Assembly: GCA_018649885.1 (NCBI GenBank)
Contig: JABIHA010000077.1
Location: forward strand, 1 to 42,355
Reading direction: 5' to 3'
From: Bacteriovoracaceae bacterium
GTDB lineage: Bacteria > Bdellovibrionota > Bacteriovoracia > Bacteriovoracales > Bacteriovoracaceae
Length of the DNA stretch: 42,355 bases
A model generated the notes under the pieces. It made no database searches and had not been told where the DNA came from. It worked only from the letters and a program-made list of their open reading frames with translations. The stretch's first letter is position 1, and every line of letters begins with the position of its first letter. Shown in pieces: positions 35,488 to 42,355 of the stretch. Made by a program: the position numbers and the translations under genes.

Positions 35488-36259
35488 TAAAGATACAACA
35501 GGTAAGACTCTCATTGTCGCCTTTGCACTTTGTGTTGTCTGCTCAGTTTTAGTCTCTTCTCTTTCGGTGGGACTTAAGCCTCGCCAGCTCAGAAATAAAG
35601 AGCTGGATATGAAAAAAAATATCCTGATGGCCGCTGGTGAATACAACGATCAAATGAGTATTGGGGAGCAATTTAAAAAGTTTTCCACCTTTGTAGTAGA
35701 CTTAGAAAAAGGTGAAATAAATAGCTCTATCAAAACCGATGGCTTTGATGAAAATAGATTAATGAAAGACAGCTCAACTCGCCACGATATTGACTCTAAG
35801 AAAGATTTGGGAAAGATCAAAAAAAGGGCCAAGTATTCTCTGATTTACGCCATTAAAGAAAATGGACAAATAAAAAAGCTGATTCTGCCAGTGAGAGGAA
35901 AAGGCCTTTGGTCAACTCTCTATGGCTTTTTGGCCTTAGACAGTGACTACAATACGGTTAAGGGTCTGGGCTTTTACAGTCACGGAGAAACTCCAGGACT
36001 TGGTGGTGAAGTGGATAACCCCAGTTGGAAGAAAAAGTGGATTGGGAAAAAGGCCTTCAGCTCATCAGGACAAGCAGCTCTTGAGGTAGTCAAAGGCCTT
36101 GCTAGATCTTCTAACAGTAATTTTGATCACCAAGTAGATGGACTCTCAGGGGCGACTCTTACTTCAAATGGTGTGACGGGACTTCTGCGTTACTGGCTTG
36201 GAGAAGACGGGTTTGGACCATTTTTAGTTAAACTTAAAACAGGTAATATTCAATTATAA
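35477..36259 (+). CDS. nqrC: Na+-NQR subunit C
   Basis: [23 protein letters not shown] site [10 protein letters not shown]. Confidence 0.97.
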   Translation: MSASKDTTGKTLIVAFALCVVCSVLVSSLSVGLKPRQLRNKELDMKKNILMAAGEYNDQMSIGEQFKKFSTFVVDLEKGEINSSIKTDGFDENRLMKDSSTRHDIDSKKDLGKIKKRAKYSLIYAIKENGQIKKLILPVRGKGLWSTLYGFLALDSDYNTVKGLGFYSHGETPGLGGEVDNPSWKKKWIGKKAFSSSGQAALEVVKGLARSSNSNFDHQVDGLSGATLTSNGVTGLLRYWLGEDGFGPFLVKLKTGNIQL

Positions 36260-36274
36260 AGGGAGGCCATCTTT

Positions 36275-36892
36275 ATGGCAGCAGATACCAAGGTACTTAC
36301 AACACCTATAATTAAAAATAACCCTATTGCCTTGCAGATTTTAGGAATTTGTTCGGCACTGGCCGTGACAACCCAACTAAAAACGGCACTACTTATGAGT
36401 GTGGCCGTGACACTAGTCACAGCGTTTTCAAATCTCTCGGTTAGTATCATTAGAAACCATATTCCAAACTCAATTCGGATCATCGTCCAGATGACCATTA
36501 TTGCTTCCCTGGTTATAGTCACTGATCAAATCCTAAAGGCCTATGCCTATACAGCAGCCAAAGAAATGTCCGTCTACGTGGGGCTGATCATCACCAACTG
36601 TATTGTAATGGGAAGGGCCGAAGCCTATGCCATGAAAAATGGACCTGCCATGAGCTTTATTGATGGCCTTGGAAATGGACTTGGCTACAGTATGATACTC
36701 ATTATTGTGGCCTTTATAAGAGAGCTCGTTGGTTCTGGAAAGCTCTTTGGATTCTCCATATTACAAACTGTATCTGAGGGAGGCTGGTATCAACCAAATG
36801 GCTTGATGCTTTTGGCACCATCAGCATTTTTAATTATTGGTGTGATTATTTGGGCCATTCGAACCTATGACCCTGAACAGGTGGAAGGATAA
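36275..36892 (+). CDS. nqrD: Na+-NQR subunit D
   Basis: [32 protein letters not shown]. Confidence 0.97.
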   Translation: MAADTKVLTTPIIKNNPIALQILGICSALAVTTQLKTALLMSVAVTLVTAFSNLSVSIIRNHIPNSIRIIVQMTIIASLVIVTDQILKAYAYTAAKEMSVYVGLIITNCIVMGRAEAYAMKNGPAMSFIDGLGNGLGYSMILIIVAFIRELVGSGKLFGFSILQTVSEGGWYQPNGLMLLAPSAFLIIGVIIWAIRTYDPEQVEG

Positions 36893-36895
36893 ATC

Positions 36896-37504
36896 ATGGA
36901 AAATTACCTATCGATTTTTGTTAAATCCATTTTTATTGAAAACATGGCGCTGGGATTTTTCCTGGGCATGTGTACATTCCTTGCAGTTTCAAAAAAAGTT
37001 GATACGGCAATAGGCCTTGGTATTGCGGTCATCGCGGTACAGACCATCACAGTCCCCGCCAATAACTTTATTTACAATACTCTGCTTCGTGAAGGTGCCC
37101 TTTCATGGGCCGGACTTCCCGAAATGGATTTAAGTTTCTTAGGACTTATTAGTTATATCGGCGTGATTGCAGCAATTGTTCAGATTCTAGAAATGACTCT
37201 CGATAAATATGCACCTGCACTCTACAACGCTCTTGGAATCTTTCTCCCACTTATTACCGTCAACTGCGCAATTTTGGGTGGCTCACTTTTCATGGTGGAA
37301 AGAGACTACAATTTTGGTGAAAGTATTGTTTACGGCGTGGGATCGGGAACAGGCTGGGCGCTAGCAATTGTTGCTCTGGCCGGAATTCGTGAGAAAATGG
37401 AGTACTCAGATATCCCAAAAGGGCTTAATGGTCTCGGGATCACTTTTATTACTGTTGGGCTTATGGCCATTGTATTTATGTGTTTTGCTGGTATTCAGCT
37501 GTAA
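36896..37504 (+). CDS. nqrE: Na+-NQR subunit E
   Basis: [24 protein letters not shown]. Confidence 0.97.
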   Translation: MENYLSIFVKSIFIENMALGFFLGMCTFLAVSKKVDTAIGLGIAVIAVQTITVPANNFIYNTLLREGALSWAGLPEMDLSFLGLISYIGVIAAIVQILEMTLDKYAPALYNALGIFLPLITVNCAILGGSLFMVERDYNFGESIVYGVGSGTGWALAIVALAGIREKMEYSDIPKGLNGLGITFITVGLMAIVFMCFAGIQL

Positions 37505-37516
37505 AAAGGAAGTTCA

Positions 37517-38737
37517 ATGAACACAATTGCACTCGGTGTTTTTATGTTTACCCTCATCATCTTGGCCTTGGTGGTTGTTATTCTCTTCGCCAAATCCAAA
37601 TTGGTTCCAAGTGGTGACGTTAATCTCAACATCAATGGGGAAAAAAATTATACCATCTCCCCTGGAGACAAATTACTAGGGGCTTTGGCCAATCAAAAGC
37701 TGTTCGTATCAAGCGCTTGCGGTGGTGGTGGTACCTGCGGACAGTGTAAAGTTAAAGTGATGGAAGGTGGCGGTGATATTCTTCCCACAGAGCTTTCTCA
37801 TATAACAAAAAAAGAGGCCAAAGAAGGTGAGAGACTCTCCTGCCAAGTGGCCGTTAAAAGAGATATGAAAGTTGTCATTCCGGACGAAGTTTTCGGAGTC
37901 AAAAAATGGAAGTGTAAGGTTAGATCCAACCACAATATGGCCACTTTTATTAAAGAACTTGTTCTAGAATTACCCGATGGAGAGTCAGTTCCTTTTAGAG
38001 CTGGTGGCTATATTCAAATTGAGTGCCCCGCCTATGATATCCCCTATACAAATTTTGATATAGAAGAGGAATACAAAGGCGCATGGGACGCTTTCAACCT
38101 TTGGCAATTTAGATCTGTTACAACAGAAGAAACAGTTCGTGCCTATTCAATGGCCAACTACCCTGAAGAGCGCGGGATTATCATGCTCAATGTGAGAATT
38201 GCCTCACCACCACCGAGAATGCCTAATGTTCCTCCAGGGAAAATGTCCTCTTATATTTTCAATTTAAAACCTGGCGATGAAGTCACTATATCTGGTCCAT
38301 TCGGTGAATTTTTTGCTACGGAAAATGATAGTGAAATGATTTTTGTGGGTGGCGGAGCTGGTATGGCCCCAATGAGATCTCACATTTTTGACCAATTCAA
38401 ACGACTCGCCACAAAAAGAAAAATCTCATTTTGGTATGGAGCTCGCTCACTTCAAGAAATGTTTTATGTGGAAGATTTTGATTCAATCCAAAAAGATTTT
38501 GAAAATTTTAAGTGGAATGTGGCCCTTTCTGAGCCTCAACCAGAGGATAAATGGGAGGGGATGACCGGTTTTATTCACCAGGTACTTTTTGATAACTACC
38601 TCAAGGATCACCCGGCACCTGAAGACTGTGAGTACTATATGTGTGGGCCACCCATGATGAACGCCGCAGTTACAAAAATGCTAGAAGACTTAGGCGTTGA
38701 ACCAGAAAATATTTTCTTCGATGATTTCGGAGGCTAA
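37517..38737 (+). CDS. nqrF: Na+-NQR subunit F
   Basis: 2Fe-2[45 protein letters not shown]. Confidence 0.97.
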   Translation: MNTIALGVFMFTLIILALVVVILFAKSKLVPSGDVNLNINGEKNYTISPGDKLLGALANQKLFVSSACGGGGTCGQCKVKVMEGGGDILPTELSHITKKEAKEGERLSCQVAVKRDMKVVIPDEVFGVKKWKCKVRSNHNMATFIKELVLELPDGESVPFRAGGYIQIECPAYDIPYTNFDIEEEYKGAWDAFNLWQFRSVTTEETVRAYSMANYPEERGIIMLNVRIASPPPRMPNVPPGKMSSYIFNLKPGDEVTISGPFGEFFATENDSEMIFVGGGAGMAPMRSHIFDQFKRLATKRKISFWYGARSLQEMFYVEDFDSIQKDFENFKWNVALSEPQPEDKWEGMTGFIHQVLFDNYLKDHPAPEDCEYYMCGPPMMNAAVTKMLEDLGVEPENIFFDDFGG

Positions 38738-38750
38738 AGGCCCTTAAGTT

Positions 38751-39791
38751 GTGACAACTTACCAATCCATTTTATTTAGGGCCATTAAATTGGCCCCTTT
38801 GGGCCTTCTGCTTTTAATTTCCTGTAAAAAAACCCCTGTGGATGAGTTCATATTCACTGGAAAAACCATGGGAACGACCTACAAAGTAAAGGTTTCTCCA
38901 CCTTTTAAAACAGAGCTTTCAATAGAAGAAATCAAACATGAGGTAGACAAAGAGCTGATAGAGATCAATCAGAAGATGTCTACCTACATTGGCTCAAGCG
39001 AGCTCTCCATTTTCAATAAATTTAATAAAGACACTGCATTTAAGCTAAGCCCCCAAACTCATGGTGTAATAAAAGCGGCCCAAAAGATTTCAAGAGATTC
39101 TGGTGGTGCCTACGACGTTACTGTAGGGCCTCTAGTAAATCTTTGGGGATTTGGACCAAATGGGGCCATAGAAAAAAATCCCAGCACCAGCGACATTGAA
39201 AAAGTGAAAAGCTTTATTGGAAGCGACAAGCTGATACTCTCAAATGATCTAACTGCAAGAAAAGTACACCCACAAGTCTATGTAGATCTCTCAAGTATAG
39301 CCAAAGGCTACGGTGTGGATCAAATCTCCAAACTACTGAGTAGCTTGGCGCTAAACACCCACATGGTAGAAATCGGCGGGGAAGTCAGAGTACAGGGAGA
39401 AAAAACGTGGAAAATAGGTATCGAAAAACCTGATTTGCGTCGGGGTAATCTCGCAAAAATCCTCCCTTTGAAAAATAGCTCAGTGGCAACTTCGGGTACC
39501 TATAGAAATTTTTTCTTAAAAGATGGGGTGCGCTACTCACATACCATTGATCCCAAGACACTCTCCCCCATTGATCATCACACTATTTCAGTGACTGTGG
39601 TCCACCCAGAATGCATGTGGGCAGACGGCTTTGCCACGGCCTTGATGGTTATGGGGCATGAAAATGGCATAGAGATGGCCGAAAAATTGAATCTAACCGT
39701 CTACTTTATTTATGAGGAAAATGGTATTATAAAGGAGCTTATGAGCAGCAAGTTTAGATCACAATTTCCTGCTATTGCCCCCAAGAAGTGA
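38751..39791 (+). CDS. apbE: FAD:protein FMN transferase (lipoprotein)
   Basis: Lipobox LISC; TMGT, DVTVGPLVNLWGFG, DLSSIAKGY, ATSG.Y, HTIDP, ADGFATA. Confidence 0.95.
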   Translation: MTTYQSILFRAIKLAPLGLLLLISCKKTPVDEFIFTGKTMGTTYKVKVSPPFKTELSIEEIKHEVDKELIEINQKMSTYIGSSELSIFNKFNKDTAFKLSPQTHGVIKAAQKISRDSGGAYDVTVGPLVNLWGFGPNGAIEKNPSTSDIEKVKSFIGSDKLILSNDLTARKVHPQVYVDLSSIAKGYGVDQISKLLSSLALNTHMVEIGGEVRVQGEKTWKIGIEKPDLRRGNLAKILPLKNSSVATSGTYRNFFLKDGVRYSHTIDPKTLSPIDHHTISVTVVHPECMWADGFATALMVMGHENGIEMAEKLNLTVYFIYEENGIIKELMSSKFRSQFPAIAPKK

Positions 39792-39797
39792 GACAAA

Positions 39798-39974
39798 ATG
39801 GAAATATTCGCCATCACATTAACATTTTTTCTAGTAGTATTCGCTGCCATGGCAGTGGGAGTAATCCTACAAAATAAACCGATCCTCGGCTCCTGTGGTG
39901 GCATTGGCGCTCTTTTTGGAAACAAGTGCTCAAACTGTGAAGGTTGTGAAAAAAAAGCCGATAACCAAGCATAG
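39798..39974 (+). CDS. nqrM: Na+-NQR maturation factor NqrM (DUF539), 58 aa, absent from the ORF track
   Basis: MEIFAITLTFFLVVFAAMAVGVILQNKPILGSCGGIGALFGNKCSNCEGCEKKADNQA*: TM helix, GSCGG, 4 Cys; follows apbE. Confidence 0.9.
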   Translation: MEIFAITLTFFLVVFAAMAVGVILQNKPILGSCGGIGALFGNKCSNCEGCEKKADNQA

Positions 39975-40033
39975 AATAAATACTAATAAGAATATACGCA
40001 TTTACTTGCACTGATAGAAATTAGGAGAAGAAA

Positions 40034-40282
40034 ATGGCCAACAAAGAAAATAAACACAGCAAAAACGTTGAGGGAAAGTGGTACACCACTGATCCTGATG
40101 ATGATAGCGGAGAAGGCTGCATTGCTTGCAATGTTTGCTACAACGGCGCACCTGATTTTTTCGGTGAAGATGATGATGGTAATGCTTTTATAAGCAAGCA
40201 ACCAAGTACTGACGAAGAAATAGAGCTTTGCCAAGAACAACTAGACGCTTGTCCTGTTGGCTCCATTGGTAGCGACGCCTAA
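40034..40282 (+). CDS. Monocluster 4Fe-4S ferredoxin
   Basis: CIACNVC...AP..F...CPVGSI; acidic; AGGAG RBS. Confidence 0.9.
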   Translation: MANKENKHSKNVEGKWYTTDPDDDSGEGCIACNVCYNGAPDFFGEDDDGNAFISKQPSTDEEIELCQEQLDACPVGSIGSDA

Positions 40283-40294
40283 TCTTCAAACTTG

Positions 40295-40317
40295 AGGGGG
40301 GAGCTCTTCCCCCCTTT
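40295..40317 (+). terminator. Intrinsic terminator
   Basis: AGGGGGGA-GCTCT-TCCCCCCT-TT after the ferredoxin stop. Confidence 0.7.
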
Positions 40318-40320
40318 GCC

Positions 40321-40395
40321 ATATGATTTTGATCACATATTCCGAATACACCATCACCGTGCTTTAATTGACATTTTTGCCTGTCAAAATAGATT
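40321..40395 (+). promoter_or_regulatory. Promoter region of the OFOR operon with CRP/FNR-family-like box
   Basis: TATGA-N6-TCACA at 40322-40337; TTGACA(40368)-16-TAGATT; inverted repeat TTGACA-N8-TGTCAA. Confidence 0.5.
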
Positions 40396-40461
40396 TAAAA
40401 TATTATAATCGTTTTGTTATAATCGCCCTATATAAGGAATCTACATAAAAAGGTTTTTCTC

Positions 40462-42300
40462 ATGAAAGAAATTGATCAGGTTGTGATCCGCTTCTCAGGT
40501 GACTCTGGTGATGGTATGCAACTTACAGGTACCCAGTTTTCAAATACCTCTGCACTAATGGGAAATGATATTTCAACATTCCCAGATTTTCCCGCTGAAA
40601 TTAGAGCCCCGGCCGGAACAGTTGCAGGTGTTTCAGGATTTCAAGTCAATATTGGCGCATCTGAAATCAACACCCCAGGAGATGAGCCAGATGTTCTTGT
40701 GGCCATGAATCCAGCCGCTCTCAAGGCAAACCTTCATACCGTTAAAAAAGGTGGAACCCTTATACTCAATATGGATGCTTTTACTAAAGGTAACTTGAGT
40801 AAGGCTGGCTATGATAGTGATCCCCTTGATGATGATCACTTAAACGATTACCAATTGATTAAGGCCAATATTACTAGCCAAACTCAGGTTGCTCTTGAAG
40901 ATGTGGAGCTGGACACAAAGTCTAAGGCCAGATGTAAAAACTTCTACGCCTTGGGTCTTACCTATTTTATGTTTGGCCGTGACCTAGATCCCACTCTCAA
41001 TTGGATTAGTGATAAGTTTAAAGGAAAAAATAAAGTCATTGATGCCAACTCAAAGGCATTAAAAGCCGGATATAATTACGGCGACACCATTGAAGCCAGT
41101 ATTTCTAGGTTTGTGGTTCCAGCTGCCAAAATCCAGCCCGGAACATATAGGCAAATCAACGGGAACACGGCCACTGCTTGGGGATTTATCCAAGCCGCTG
41201 AAGCTGCTGATCTCAAGCTCTTCCTAGGCTCCTACCCTATCACTCCAGCAACAGATATTTTGCATGAACTTGCAAAACATAAAAATTTTGGAGTTAAGAC
41301 ATTTCAGGCCGAAGATGAGATAGCGGGAATTTGTTCTGCCATCGGCGCTTCTTTTGGCGGAGCTTTGGCGCTTACCACTAGTTCAGGGCCGGGAATTGCT
41401 CTTAAAGGTGAGGCCATGGGACTTGCCACTATGTACGAACTTCCCATTGTTGTGGTCAACGTTCAAAGAGGTGGACCCTCTACTGGACTTCCTACTAAAA
41501 CTGAACAATCAGATTTAATGCAAGTTATGTACGGCAGAAATGGCGAATGCCCCATGATCGTTGTGGCCGCTTCAAGGCCTAATGATTGCTTTGAAATGGC
41601 CTTTGAGGCATGCAGACTTGCTCTAGAGCATATGACTCCTGTTGTTTTATTAACTGATGGCTATATCGCCAACGGAGCTGAGCCTTGGAAGATTCCAGAC
41701 CTCGACAAGAAGTTTAATAAAATAAGCTCAAGGCTGATTGATCCTTCAAAAACTTCAAGCGAAGGTTTTCTAGCATACAATCGAGAAGACAAAACTCACG
41801 TAAGAAACTGGGCCATTCCTGGAATGGAAGGCTTCGAGCACAGGCTAGGTGGACTAGAAAAAGATGTGAAAACTGGCAATGTTAGCTACGATCCCGACAA
41901 CCATGAGAAAATGTGCCACATTAGAGCTGAAAAAGTTAAAAGAGTGGAAGATAATATCCCACTTCAAACGCTTGAAGGTGAAGATAGTGGAGACGTTTTA
42001 GTTCTCTCTTGGGGAGGCACTTATGGTGCCACTCACATGGCAGCTAAAGAGCTGCTTGAGCAAGGGAAGAAAGTTTCTCTATGCCATCTTAAATACATTA
42101 ATCCTATGCCAAAAAATATTGGTGATATTTTAGGCAATTTCAAAAAGGTATTAGTGTGTGAGCTCAACTTAGGCCAAATGAGAAATATCATCAATGCTGA
42201 ATATAGTATTGGTGCCATTGGATACAATAAAGTGCAGGGGCTTCCATTTAAAATTTCTGAACTTGTTGAAGCCGTAAACAGACAATTAGAGACACTATAA
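40462..42300 (+). CDS. korA: 2-oxoacid:ferredoxin oxidoreductase alpha subunit (fused gamma-alpha)
   Basis: FSGDSGDGMQLTG, PAEIRAP, SYPITPA, QAEDEI, TSSGPG, QRGGPSTGLPTKTEQSD; substrate unresolved. Confidence 0.92.
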   Translation: MKEIDQVVIRFSGDSGDGMQLTGTQFSNTSALMGNDISTFPDFPAEIRAPAGTVAGVSGFQVNIGASEINTPGDEPDVLVAMNPAALKANLHTVKKGGTLILNMDAFTKGNLSKAGYDSDPLDDDHLNDYQLIKANITSQTQVALEDVELDTKSKARCKNFYALGLTYFMFGRDLDPTLNWISDKFKGKNKVIDANSKALKAGYNYGDTIEASISRFVVPAAKIQPGTYRQINGNTATAWGFIQAAEAADLKLFLGSYPITPATDILHELAKHKNFGVKTFQAEDEIAGICSAIGASFGGALALTTSSGPGIALKGEAMGLATMYELPIVVVNVQRGGPSTGLPTKTEQSDLMQVMYGRNGECPMIVVAASRPNDCFEMAFEACRLALEHMTPVVLLTDGYIANGAEPWKIPDLDKKFNKISSRLIDPSKTSSEGFLAYNREDKTHVRNWAIPGMEGFEHRLGGLEKDVKTGNVSYDPDNHEKMCHIRAEKVKRVEDNIPLQTLEGEDSGDVLVLSWGGTYGATHMAAKELLEQGKKVSLCHLKYINPMPKNIGDILGNFKKVLVCELNLGQMRNIINAEYSIGAIGYNKVQGLPFKISELVEAVNRQLETL

Positions 42301-42309
42301 GGGGATCAC

Positions 42310-42355
42310 ATGACTGATGTGCCACAATATAAGAAAAAAGATTTTGTATCAGACC
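42310..42355 (+). CDS. korB: Start of the 2-oxoacid:ferredoxin oxidoreductase beta subunit (partial, window edge)
   Basis: MTDVPQYKKKDFVSD.. matches the typical KKDF.SDQ N-terminus; follows the alpha gene with a GGGG RBS. Confidence 0.7.
   Translation, partial: MTDVPQYKKKDFVSD

Noticed and set aside
1..42355. CRISPR arrays, tRNA/rRNA, transposases, integrases, reverse transcriptases, known defence systems
   Set aside because: No regularly spaced repeats, cloverleaf or catalytic motifs seen by eye; intergenic gaps are all under 300 bp.

Overview
Bacterial chromosomal segment, most likely from a marine Bacteriovoracales/Halobacteriovorax-like member of Bdellovibrionota. This is an inference from the Bd0055-type histone, the many orphan secreted proteins, the sigma54/FliA-type promoters and Na+-NQR. 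Left to right: an AT-rich edge with a truncated COG3910-type ATPase and an ArsR-like wHTH regulator; mutM followed by a zinc-finger/histone-fold fusion (ZZ-type bacterial histone); a 1101-aa secreted M43-like metalloprotease with cadherin-like repeats; thyA-folA; namZ; an FHA protein; livKHMGF; orphan secreted proteins and a double-LamG lipoprotein; an operon of YceI, CxxCH-porin, dihaem lipoprotein cytochrome c and ltaE; a large REC/PilZ-like protein; trmK; a sigma54-type operon with an Amidase_3 and a SirB1/TPR protein; nqrABCDEF-apbE-nqrM; a ferredoxin; and 2-oxoacid:ferredoxin oxidoreductase genes running off the right edge. I saw no rRNA, tRNA, CRISPR array or transposase. The most interesting items are the zinc-finger histone with a candidate promoter inside the mutM 3' end, the Cyc2-like porin-cytochrome module, an abrupt strand-skew switch inside mutM, and a recurrent 17-bp palindrome associated with sigma54 promoters.
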